NCBI GenBank assembly: GCA_951406725.2
Contig: OX597823.1
Coordinates: forward strand, 26,040,001-26,104,000
Source: Octopus vulgaris
Taxonomy: Eukaryota
Direction of reading: 5' to 3'
DNA: 64,000 bases
Positions 39,975 to 51,935 of this stretch are shown one piece after another. Within the stretch, counting starts at the first letter, position 1. Each line of letters begins with the position of its first letter. The notes under the pieces were generated by a model. That model worked only from the letters and a program-made list of their open reading frames with translations, did not search any database and was not told the origin of the DNA. The position numbers and the translations under genes were made by a program.

Positions 39975-42220
39975 ATATATATATAACTGAGAATGTGTGT
40001 CTGTCTGTGTGAGTGAATCCCTAAAACTTGAGAACTACACAACCAATTTCATTCAAATTTTACACATGCCTCACTTACATGTAGTGTCATGGGCAAAAGA
40101 AATTTTGGATCTTTTCGGTTTTTTAAAATAATTTCTATGTAACTAAAAAATTTTTAACTTTGTATACTGGTAGAATGTGTTTATAAAACATCTTTTTCTC
40201 TTGGCTTTCTTGGGAAAATTCTGTGGTTTGTGAGATATTTGGTCTGTAATTTCTTGCATTTCGGCAATTTCAGCCAATCAATGACGTCTATTGAGGTGAA
40301 AACAATATCTGCCGAAGTCTGTCAACAGCAATTTTTTGCGGTGTCATATGAAAATGTCCCTAAGAAACAAATTGGGTTTATTTACATTTCTGAAGAAAAA
40401 AAGTTACCCTTCCCCCACCCCTAACCCTAACCATAACTAGCCCTCCCCACCCTTAACCCTAACTGACCCTCCCCACTCCTAACCCTAAACCTAACTAACC
40501 CTCCCCACCTACCATATATATATATATATATCATCCGAACGTGGCCGCATCGACTGGCCTCCGTGCTGTGGGCACGTAACAAACACCATCCTATCGTGGC
40601 CATTTGCCAGCCTCGTCTGGCACCTGTGTCGGTGGCACATAAAAAAACACCATCTGAGCATGGCCGTCTGCCAGCCTCGTCTGGCACATGTGTCGGTGGC
40701 ACATAAAAAACACCATACGAGCGTGGCCGTTCGCCAGCCTCGTCTGGCACCTGTGTTGGTGGCACATAAAATCACCCACTACACTCTCGGAGTGGTTGGC
40801 GTTAGGAAGGGCATCCAGCTGTAGAAACACTGCCAGATCTGACTGGCCTGGTGCAGCCTTCGGGCTCCCCAGACCCCAGTTGAACCGACCAACCCATGCT
40901 AGCATGGAAAGTGGACGTTAAACGATGATGATGATGATGATATATATATATATATATAAAACACCCTAATGGGGGCCTTAACTCCCAAATTTTGGTAATT
41001 TCTTTTATGATCCAAAACTAGGTCAAAAGTATTGAATGGATCTTTATGAAATTTGGAATTTATATTCTATGCATAAGGGCCATAACCCCAATGACAATTC
41101 ATATATTTTTACTATTGATGAAATTTTAACCATAGATATTAGGCCCAAATGAAGTAATATTTATAAAATTTCATCTTCTTACAAGTTAGAAAGACCCTCC
41201 ATGGCGACATAACACCCACAATTTTGTCATTTTATCTAAGCAAAGATGAATACAGTTGTACTCTTGGAAGCTGTAGGGTTACCCGAGCATAAAAGATGAG
41301 CATTATTTGTAATTCAATGATACAACAGTGTAACAGTTTGCTTTGACATACACTTACATTGTGATTTCTGCAATTGCCTCCACTGACTCAGTTGCAAAGT
41401 GTTGAGTAAAGTTATTTGATTGCAGACCTCCTTTCAGTGTTTTTATTATCACTGGGTCACACATAGTCCCCCGATGGTCACATTGATTTCAAGGTTTTCC
41501 CAGATGAGTGACTGGTTATTCAAAGACATTTATAGATTGTAAATTTATTCTGTCCATTTACGTATCTGTACAGTGGTCATTCGCAAACTCCAACTTTCAT
41601 TTCTCCTTAGCCCTCACGTCACACAGTTGTTAATGTTTATTTCAGTTGGGTCACGCCCTTCCAATTGCTACAAATTCGTAATGCATCTTATGGCTGTGCC
41701 TGTCACCTGGATGGTTAGGAATCCTACATTGGGAGTGGTAACAACTAGGGTAGGGTAGCTGACTGCTTATTGTGATCATTTGTCTTTTGTTTTCCTGTAG
41801 CTTTGCTCTCTTTTACAAACCCAGTGAACATATATTTCCTATTTCAAAGAAATTCAAACAATAGATATATGACCCAAGTTAAAAAGATTCTCAACAATTC
41901 AACTTCTCTGCTTTACATTAAGACACCCACCCCCAACAGGGGCCTTCACTCTCACATTCTAGAGCTCCATGACCTTCATTTTTCAGGAGCAAAATCCTTT
42001 TAACAGGTTCAATAAGACTGGAGTTTTGGAATATGCACATAAAAAATCAGTAGTATGGGATACATGTGGCACGATTACAATTTTTTTTTGGGTGTGTAAA
42101 GAGGGAAACAACCCTCATCTGCAATTTTGATGAAATTCGAAACAGATATTTCAGTTCATTACAGAAAAGTCTAATTCTTCAATTGCATGTAACCCGGGCA
42201 ACGCCGGGTATCTTTGCTAG
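39975..42220 (+). mobile_element. Larger Helitron-bounded region with nested insertions and unexplained cargo
   Basis: Helitron-like 5' (tatataactgagaatgtgtgtctgtctgtg); 3' cccgggcaacgccggg plus CTAG|T at 42217-20. Whether it is a single element is uncertain. Confidence 0.5.
40530..40940 (+). mobile_element. RTE LINE 3' end with ~60-bp internal tandem repeats
   Basis: Repeated ggtggcacataaaa..caccat..gccagcctcgtctggcac units; (GAT)n tail. Confidence 0.85.
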
Positions 42221-42373
42221 TCTATATACATATATATATATATATGTATATAGACTAGCAAAGATACCCGGCGTTGCCCGTGTTACATGCAATTGAAGAA
42301 TTAGACTATGTATATTAGAAGGTTTGGAGATGATGTACAGGTATTTTACAGATGATGTACAGGTGTATTTTCT

Positions 42374-42409
<36 letters not shown>

Positions 42410-43121
42410 CGCACTTCTTTCAGTTTCTGTCTGCCAAATCCACTCAACTCTTTGGTCAGGCCGAAGCTATAGTAGGAGACCCTTCTCAAGGTTCCACACT
42501 GTGGGACTGAACTCGGAACCATGTGGTTGGCAAGCAAACTTCTGACTACACAGCGACGAATATATTATGAAAGGAGACGGAAGGTGTGTGAATATAGATA
42601 AATAAAAAATATAAGCCAAGGGAAATAACTCATAGGCATTTTTTTTTTACTAACTTATTTTCCATCCACTTTTTTTTAATATAGTACATTGATTGCTATC
42701 ATTTATAGCTGTCTCCACTTCAAGATTCACCCTTATATAATTTTTTTATCTTTATTTATATGTATGCAAATTTATATTGGTAAAAAATTAATCGTAACTC
42801 TATGTCTAGTATGAAAAATATCTTCATCAGCTGATTGGCAGGCTTAGTAAGATTATACTCTGTTGATGAGGTCCAATTGCTGGAAACATATCCATAGTTG
42901 TCCCATGCACATAAACAAAAACCAGATTTTCCTATTCTGAAATACTTCAGAAATTAATTTTCTTGAAATTGTCTCACCTTTTCCAATATCTAACAACTGC
43001 CTCTAGGGTTATACTTTCTTTTTCCAACTAAGAGAGAAGCTTTAATTGATTAAGAAGTTTTTTATGTATAACATTCAATAATTCGACTCTTTACTTAATT
43101 ACCTATGTAATATACAAACAT

Positions 43122-43172
<51 letters not shown>

Positions 43173-43236
43173 TACATACATACATACATACATACATACA
43201 TACATACATACATACATGCAATCATATAGATATATA

Positions 43237-43963
43237 TCAGATTGAGTAAAAAGTAAGCAACGTTTTGAACCATGAAAAATTTGTACCGGATTTTTGCAGA
43301 GTTTTAAATTTTTATAAACATTTCTTTTTTTTTGCAATTGTCTGATAATACAGACATAGACTTGCCCAAATGCATCAATAAATTAACATTGATATTTTTT
43401 CCACCGTTCTTACAATCATCTGAAATGGAACTGTCAAAGTGCGATATTTGAGAAATTTTTCTATTCAACCTCAAAAAAGGATGTAAAGCAGCTGAAACTG
43501 CTCACAATATCAACAAAACATTTGGTGGTGTACTGCTGGACTCTTGCACTATAACTTCTTAAAATCCAGAAAAACCATTACTACAGTAACATATTGCCAT
43601 GAAAACTTCTACTCCTCCGTCCCAGACTGGTCAACAGAAGAGGGCCAATCATTCTTCATGACAATGCTTGACCACACATTTCACTAATGACGCTCTAGAA
43701 GTTGAGGGAACTTGGCTATGAAGTTCTTCCTCACCCAGCTTATTCTTCAGACCTTTCTCCAACCAACTACCACTTTTTCAAGCACCTTGATGGTTTCCTG
43801 TGAGAGAAGGAATTCATAAACCAAACTGATATAGAAAGCACATTCAAAGTGTTCATCAGCTCTAGAATGGTACTTACTTTGATGAATAAAATTTCCAAAC
43901 TGTTGAAATATATTGTGATGAATTTTATGTTTCAAAATGTTGCTTACCTTTTACTCAGCCTGA
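43237..43963 (+). mobile_element. Internally deleted mariner element
   Basis: TIRs tcagattgagtaaaaagtaagcaac / gttgcttaccttttactcagcctga with TA flanks; peptides MELSKCDI..KKGCKAAETAHNINKTFG, ILHDNA and EVLPHPAYSSDLSPTNYHFFKHLD. Confidence 0.9.
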
Positions 43964-43972
43964 TATATATCA

Positions 43973-44197
43973 TTGCTATTATGCAAAAGTGTCGTAAGTC
44001 CAAAATGTTGCTTTTTCAGAAAATGAAAAAAATAGTTTCAGCATTCCATTTCTTTTTAAATAAGCAAGTTTCAGCTTAACAATAATACATTGTTGGGTGC
44101 ATAAAATCGTAATTTCCGGCATGTATATTTTCAGTCAGAAATATTTTTACAAAACTGTTGTATGTGGGACTTACTATACTTTTGAGAAATGCTAAAC
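43973..44197. mobile_element. Small MITE-like element
   Basis: caaaagtgtcgtaagtcc versus ggacttactatacttttg: imperfect inverted ends. Confidence 0.45.
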
Positions 44198-44372
44198 CAT
44201 TGTACTACGCTTTTTATCAATTTGCATATCTTGGCATCTGAAGCAGCTGGAGATACAATAGTATGACCAGAACAACCGGCTATTGCAAGCAAAATTAAAT
44301 ATTGAAAAAACAAATATATTTGGCCAAATTTGGACATACAACAGTTAAACATAATAGCAACAATATATATAT

Positions 44373-46270
44373 ATCATCATCATCATCGTATAACGTCCGT
44401 TTTCCGTGCTAGCATGGGTTGGATGGTTCGACTGGGATCTGGGAAGCCAGGAGGCTGCACCAGGCTCCAGTCTGATCTGGCAGTGTTTCTACAGCTAGAT
44501 GCCCTTCCTAATGCCAACCACTCCATGAGTGTAGTGGGTGTTTTTTACGTGCCACTAGCACAGGTGCCAGGGGAGGCTGGCAGCGGCCACGATCGGTTGG
44601 TACTTTTTACGTTCCACCGGCACAGAAGCCAGTCAAGGCAGCGCTGGCATCAGCCTTGTTCGGATGTTGCTTTTTATGTGCCACTGGCACAGGTATCACA
44701 ACTACTATTTCTATTTGATATTCATTTTGATGTTGATGTACTTGACTCAATAGGTCTCCTCAAGCACAGCAGGTCACCCTACAATCCAAGGTAAGCACAG
44801 CAGGTCGTTCTGCAATCCAAGGTACTTTGGATGGGCTGAGGCTATGCAAAACTGGTGCAGGAAGCAGCTCAGGTCTTTGCAGTCACAGCATATCTCCAGA
44901 GATCTCGATCTTTCGTCATTACCTCTGTGAGGCCCAACGTTCGAAGGTCATGCTTGACTACCTTATCCCATATCTTCCTGGGTCTCCCTCTCCCCCTGAT
45001 ACCTTCAACTGCTTGGAGGTGGCACTTCTTCACATATCTCTCCTCATCCATCCGCAGTACATGACCATACCAGCACAAACGTCTCTCTTGCACACCACAT
45101 CTGATGCTTCTTATGTCCAGCATTTCTCTCAGGGCACTTACACTCTGTCGTATGTGCACACTGACATTACACATCCAGCGGATCATGCTAGCTTCATTTT
45201 TTTCAAGTCTACGCATGTCCTCTGCAGTCACAGCCCATGTTTCACTACCGTGAAGCATGGCAGTTCGCATGCATGCATCATACAATCTACCTTTCACTCT
45301 GAGCGAGAGACCCTTTGTCCCCAGTAGGGGTAGGATCTTTCTAAACTTTGCCCAGGCTATTCGTATTCTAGTGGTGACACTCTCTGAGCATCCACCTTCA
45401 CTACTAACTTGGTCACCTAAGTAGCGGAAACTATCAACTACTTCTGGTTTCTCCCCCTGGAGTGTGATGGAATCTGTTTTCTGAGTATCTGTGGTGTCTA
45501 TTGCCCCTGTGCATCTGCTGCACATGAAAGCTATCTTATCAGTTAATTTTCCTTTGATGTTGCTGCACCTCTTATGCATCCATAGCTTACACTGGGTACA
45601 TCTTATAGAGTTTCTACCTACACCTTTCCTACAGATCAAGCGGGACTACCTGCCCGAGGGGGTGGGTGATGAGTCCGCCTTTCAGCTTACTATAACTTTG
45701 GTCTTTGCTACATTTACTCTAAGGCCCTTTGATTCTAAACCTTGCTTCCACACCTGAAATTTCTTTTCTAGTTCCGGTAGTGATTCTGCTATGAGGGCCA
45801 GGTCATCAGCATAGAGTAACTCCCAGGGGCAACCCGTCTTGAATTCCTCTGTTATTGCCTGGAGGACTATGATGTATAAAAGGGGACTGAGGGGTGAACC
45901 TTGGTGGACCCCTACTTCTACCCGGAATTCTTCACTATACTCATTGCCAATCCTAGCCTTGCTGACAGCCTCTCTGTAAAGCCCTTATTAACCATTTGTC
46001 AATATCCAGTTTCCGCATCGCCCACCAGATAAGGGATCGGGGAACCCTGTCAAAAGCTTTCTCCAAGTCTACAAAAGCTATGTAGAGGGGTTTATCTTTA
46101 GCTAGGTATTTCTCCTGCAGTTGTCGAACCAGGAATATAGCATCAGTGGTGCTTCTACCCAGCACAAAACTGAACTGCATCTCATCTAAGCAAACTCTCT
46201 CCCTAATGAAATGGGCTATGACCCTCTCTGTGACCTTCATCATCTGATCCAACAGTTTAATACCCCTGTA
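44373..46270 (-). mobile_element. 5'-truncated RTE LINE (RT, Cys-rich PHD-like region, 3' UTR)
   Basis: YRGIKLLD, FVDLEKAFDRVPR, PWELLYADDL, CTQCKLWMHKRCS, WYGHVLRM, GRGRPRK; (TGA)n tail at ~44373; frameshifts. Confidence 0.95.
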
Positions 46271-46354
46271 GTATATATATATATTGGCTGGCAAATTGTT
46301 GTATTTTATATATAAGTAAGGTACAAAATAAGGTACATAATAATCACAGATAAA

Positions 46355-47020
46355 AATATTCACATACTTCCCATGTACATGCATACACATATACACAGGG
46401 TTCAAATGCTGCTTGATTTTTCTTCTCAGCGTTGAATATTCACCATCCCACTTCCATTGCACACACAACCACACACACAAACATTTACATGACTCCCTTT
46501 TATATACACACACACACATCATCATGCAGAGTTGAAATGCTGTTTGATTTTTTTTTTCACCATAGAACTTCCATCAACCCACAACCAGTTTGCCATCACT
46601 CCTTCCTTCCTTATTCATCTATCATCTCTTCCTTTCTCATTCATATGTTGTGATGGAAAAATACAGAGGAGTATTATTATAGTAGAAGATATGGAAGGTA
46701 AATTAAATTAATACACTTGTTTGACAAGTGTATTAATTTAATATAACTATATAGTATATATACTACAGAATCAAACACATGCATTCACATGCTTCCCTTG
46801 TACCTGCACACACATACACACATATACTCACACAGAGTTGAAATGCTGTTTGAATTTTCTTTTCAGCATTGAACATTCACCATCCCACTTCCATTGCACA
46901 CACACACACACACAAATACTCACACAGAGTTCAAATGCTGATTTTTTTTTCACCCCTTCCTTCATTATTCATCTATCACCCCTTCCTTTCTCATTCATAT
47001 GTGACGGAGAAAAACAGAAG
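46355..47020. repeat. Imperfect direct duplication flanking a perfect palindrome
   Basis: attcacat(a/g)cttccc..gaa(t/c)attcaccatcccacttccattgcacacac..tcattcatatgt occurs at ~46355-46650 and ~46783-47020. Confidence 0.75.
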
Positions 47021-47197
47021 ACATATGATGCGCTCTTTATCACTTCCTCTTTCTCATTGCTATTACTTTCTCTCATTCCCTCTCAGTCAGGGCTATTATT
47101 CTCACTACTTCTCCTTCACTAAATTACTATTTTCTCTGCTCTCTCTTCACTTATACTACTCTTTCTCCTACTCCCTCCTGCGTGATTTTGGACAAAT

Positions 47198-47233
<36 letters not shown>

Positions 47234-47236
<3 letters not shown>

Positions 47237-47817
47237 TCTCACCGAGGAAATAACTAGAGACCGAGACCTATGGAAGTATGCTGTGCGTGAGAAGACCCGG
47301 CAGGGATGTAGCCAGTCCACTTATGCATACCTTTCCTTCTTGGAACACAAAACTCTACTTGTGAAGACCTGTTGAGGCAAGTGAGAATCAAAATCAAAAT
47401 CAAAATCAATCAACATCAATGGAAATTGTAGCTGTGATACCAGTGCTGGTGGCACGTAAGTGAACCATCCGAACGTGGCCATTGCCAGCATCGCCCTGAC
47501 AGGCCTCCATGCTGGTGGCACATAAAAAGCACCATCCGAACATGGCCGTTGCCAGCCTCGCCTGGCACGTAAAAAGCACCATCCGATCGTGGCCATATGC
47601 CAGCCTCATCTGGCACCTGTGCTGGTGGCACGTAAAAAGCACCCACTACACTCACGAAGTGGTTGGCGTTAGGAAGGGCATCCAGCCGTAGAAACATTGC
47701 TAGATCAGACTGGGCCTGGTGCAGCCTTCTGGCTTCCCAGACCCCAGTTGAACCGTCCAACCCATGCTAGCATGGAAAGCGGACACCAAATGATGATGAT
47801 GATGATGATGATGATGA

Positions 47818-47818
<1 letters not shown>
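47234..47818 (+). mobile_element. RTE LINE 3' end (ORF C-terminus plus UTR)
   Basis: GLTEEITRDRDLWKYAVREKTR, internal repeats, (TGA)n tail. Confidence 0.9.
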
Positions 47819-47861
<43 letters not shown>

Positions 47862-48140
47862 TACATATATATAAATTAGAAAAAAAACCCCACTTTTTAT
47901 CAATTCAATAATGAAAAATTAAATTATACCATTTAGAAAAATTACATATTATAGAAAGATTAAATATAAGATAAAACATATAACGATGATTAAGTAATGT
48001 GCAAAACAATAAATAAAACATATAAATTATATACATATAAATAATAATTTTGGAAGTGTTGGTTGGATATCTGTTGCATGATGTCGCTTGATCGTGTGCA
48101 TATTTAACCCTAGCACTTTCAAGTTTTATAATTGGAAATG

Positions 48141-48197
48141 CTACACTGAAGAGAGAAGTAAGTAATTAAAACACTTTAATCTCAAAACATGTCTGTG
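48141..48197 (+). ncRNA. Minimal hammerhead ribozyme-like motif, core G12 changed to A
   Basis: taca-CTGAAGA-gaga...tctc-AAAA-C-AT-GTC-tgtg; palindromic ACATGT helix III typical of dimeric Penelope hammerheads. Confidence 0.6.
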
Positions 48198-48396
48198 ACT
48201 AATTAGAGTCATGTTGATTCATTATTTTTCTCTTTGCCTACGTAAAAAAGTGTGTTACTGTTGTGGAGATTCTTACAGTAGTAGAAAAAGAATTTTTAAC
48301 TCCTATTTCTAAATTCGGTATGCGGTGAAGCAATTAGCTGACCCCAAATTATAATTATGTTTATAATTATAGAACATTTGTATATATTTGTATATA

Positions 48397-48770
48397 AGGC
48401 AGAGGAGTGGCTGTGTGGTAAGTAGCTTGTTTACGAACCACATGGTTTCGGGTTCAGTCCCACTGCGTGGCACCTTGGGCAAGTGTCTTCTACTATAGCC
48501 TCGGGTTGATAAAGCCTTGTGAGTGGATTTGGTAGACGGAAACTGAAAGAAGCTCGTCGTATATATGTATATATATATATGTGTGTGTGTCCGTGTTTGC
48601 CCCCCCCCCCCATCGCTTGACAACCGTAACTTACCGGTTCGGCAAAAGCGACTGATAGAATAAGTACTAGGCTTACAAAGAATAAGTCCGGGGGTCGATT
48701 CACTTGACTAAAGGCAGTGCTCCAGCATGGCCACAGTCAAATAACTGAAACAAGTAAAATAGTAAAAATA
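48397..48770 (+). mobile_element. tRNA-derived SINE, full length
   Basis: ggcagaggagtggctgtgtggtaag...ggttcagtccc head; 3' gctccagcatggccacagtc...gaaacaagtaaaa. Confidence 0.9.
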
Positions 48771-49453
48771 GTATATACAAATATATAAAAACACTATGCT
48801 CATTATTATATTAGAAGATTGAAGAAATTAGAGTCATTATGCAAACTAACAGTTGCATAATCAAATAGCTGTATTCTTGGAGAACTATGTTGCATTGAAA
48901 CAACTGTAATGAATAATAAATAAATGTCTAATTGTACTTCTTCTTGACTCCAATTTCTTCAATTTTACATTCACACACAATGAATGCCTAAACTTGGAAG
49001 TATATAATAATACTACCGATAGTACTGGGCAATTCTGATGGTGAATGAGCTTTATACTGTATTCTACCATGTTCCTAACAGAATATAACATAACTATATA
49101 TATATATATATCTTATATTAACTTTTTAATACTTTTTGATAGTTATATATATTTAAATTTTTTTTAAATGTTTAAAAAATTTTAATTTTAAAAGTTTAAA
49201 AAATTTTTAATTTATTGATTTAAATTTTTAAAATATTTAAAACAATATAAAAATTTATAAATATAAATTAATAATTTTAAATTTAAATAATTTAAATTTT
49301 GAATTTTATATTTTATATATTTTGTATATTATATTAATTATTTTTATTTTTATGTTTTGGTTTATGTTTTTCACTGTTTGATTTGCATAATAGTGGTTTT
49401 ATCTCTAATATAATTTATATATATATATACTTGAAGTGTACAATATTACATAT

Positions 49454-49559
49454 CCATTATAGCCAACCTTACCAACTGGTTTCACACTAGGAGTTCAGTG
49501 AAGCGTTAGGTAATAGTCCGATTATGTAACCCTGTGCTCTTCAGTGATGGTAGTTATGG
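49454..49559 (-). ncRNA. Type I hammerhead ribozyme-like motif with intact core
   Basis: Minus strand: CTGAAGA (49544-38); stem II gcac-aggg.. / ..ctcct-a-gtgt; GAAA (49483-80); CC-AGTT-GG; GTA (49472-70); degenerate stem I. Confidence 0.7.
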
Positions 49560-50000
49560 AATACAATATGGCAACTGGTCTCTATTGTTGGAGGTGAGCA
49601 GAAACATGTGGCTGGTGGTTGCTGTGAAAAAGACAATGAAATGAACAGAACAAGAGTTATGTCCCTTGGTACCAAAATGCTATCTCTGGAGGTGTTGCAA
49701 GGTGACAAGACTTTCCTGGAAAAGAGTGTATGGAATGTGTACAGTGGTATTATATGTGCAGCATCTTGGGGGTGGGGTGGGGGACCAAAGGCTGCATACA
49801 CATTTGTGTTTGATTCTGTAGTTTTTCTTTTATGTTTTCAAGGTTGAGTCTCTCTAAGAAGATGATGAAGAACAGCAATGTTTGGGGACTCGTGACCCAG
49901 GAGAAGCTCCTCTGACTTAAGCAAACATAATCAAACAGATGTCGAAAAAAGTAGTATTGATGCAACCTGGGATGTATAATATGTCTACATTTGTGTCTCC
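49560..50000 (-). mobile_element. Decayed Penelope-like element (RT thumb/linker)
   Basis: Peptides HQYYFF, IPLYTFH and QQPPATCF..NNRDQL resemble PLE HQYL, PLVxTYHP and PPxxxFRxPxNLRDxL; sits directly 5' of the hammerhead on the same strand. Confidence 0.6.
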
Positions 50001-51624
50001 CCACAATTTGTGTGTGTGTGTGTGTGTGTCTCTCTCTATTTCTCTCTTACCTGCAGACTTGTAGATACAAAGATACAATCACTGTCCTCTTCCACTATTC
50101 CCTTCGCTTCCACCCTTTCACTCTAATCACTGTATCTTTCCCATCACTGTCTCTCTTCTTTCACCCTCTCACCATGGTTCTTTTTCTGGGACCACCCAGT
50201 CTTGTATTTACTCTCTTGATCACGATGCCTTAAACAAATAAAACAATACATATATAATGCAGAAAGTCTTTAATTGCAGCATCAAAAACAGCAAAGTTGC
50301 CTTTCACTGGTCTTTTGCAAGACAACCTCACTTGTGTTATTGTCACAATAAAGTACATTCAGCATGTACTCTAAGGTGGTTAGTGAATGAATGGATACAG
50401 TGTGGGATTAAGAAGAACCATTTAGTCTCAACATGAACATGATGACCTCTCTAGTACTATGTGTCACATGATAAAATACACCCACTTAACTTTTTAAAGT
50501 GGTTGGTGTTATGAAGGGCTTTAGAAAATATGCCAAAATTGGAATATACAAGTGAGATATGGTCACCATGAGTAAGTCACATGTTTCTTCTTCTCCCAAA
50601 CTGGCTGGCTGACAAACAGGTTCTTCACACTTTGTTAAGTGGTTGGCATTAGGAAGGGCATCCAGCGGTAGAAACCATGCTACAACAGACAACTGGAGTT
50701 TGGACAGCTCCCTGGCTGGCCAGCTCTATGTCAAACCGTCCAACCCATGCCAGTACGGAAAGTGGACATTAAACGATGATGATGAAGGGTTAGCAGTAGG
50801 GAGGTGTATTCTATTATAATATATTCTATTATTTGTTCATTACTGTTCAAATGTCAAAATTTGCAAAGACTGTTCCAGACATGATAGCAGAAAATTTAAT
50901 GAAAAAGCAATTTTTTAAAAATCAATATATAATTGAATAATTTTTCAAAATCCATTTTGTCTGTTCAATCATAGAAAAATTGGAATATACATTAAAAAAA
51001 AAATGCATCATGTAAACATGATTTTTTTCTTTTACTAAATTGAAGGAGATGGATCTCTAATCAAATTTTTGTAGTGGATTTAATGATGTAGAAAGTACTA
51101 AGATTGCAGTGGAGATCAATGGCAGAGGTGGTAGGACATAAGAACTAAATGCTAAACAGTATTTTGTTTTGTTCTTCAATGTTCTGAATTCAAATATTGT
51201 CAAGCTGTCTTCACAATTCATCTTACTTCAATTAAATACCATTCATTTACTGGGGTTGATTCAATTAACTGCATATCTCTTCTACAAGTTTGTAGCCTGG
51301 TGCTAATGTTTTATAATTGATGATAATTGAGAATGATGGGTGTGTCAATTAAAGAATGGTGAATGGTAGGCGTTGAAGAATAAAACTCTTCTATCAATTA
51401 CTAAACACTGGAAAACAAAATAGTTTAATCATATATTACAACACTATAATACCCTACAAACAGATATAGCAAGCCAGATCTCACTCAAATTTCACCCTCA
51501 TTTCTTAAAAAGGACAAATTAGATTATGTATTTCAAGATAACCTATGCCTGAAAAGTGATTGGGTGATCAAGGCTAGAATGCTTATTTTATTTTTGCTCA
51601 CTCAGGGTTATCTTAGGGTTAAAC

Positions 51625-51935
51625 CAGTGGTTCTCAAACTTTTTGGGGCTGCCACACCCTTGATACCCAGGCCACATTCCTAGTGGCCCCACCTCAACTA
51701 ATCATCACAAACACAGACCCATTTCTGAAGCAAATTCAAAGCAACTGTATTTAACAAATAAAACTTAACCTAATTAATGAACCCATTATTTTGTTTTTAC
51801 GTGAATTGCTACCCCATAATCACCCCACTTTTTACATGAATCACTACCCCATTATCGCCGCACTTTTCTTTAGCACCCCTTTGGAACTTTCCACCACCCT
51901 CAGGGAGGCAATATCACCCACTTTGGGAACCACTG
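51625..51935. mobile_element. hAT/Charlie-like MITE
   Basis: cagtggttctcaaa ... tttgggaaccactg TIRs; 8-bp TSD ggttaaac / gtttaaac. Confidence 0.9.

Noticed and set aside
40560-40770. Regularly spaced repeats resembling a CRISPR array
   Set aside because: Tandem units without unique spacers; internal repeats of the RTE 3' UTR in a eukaryotic genome.
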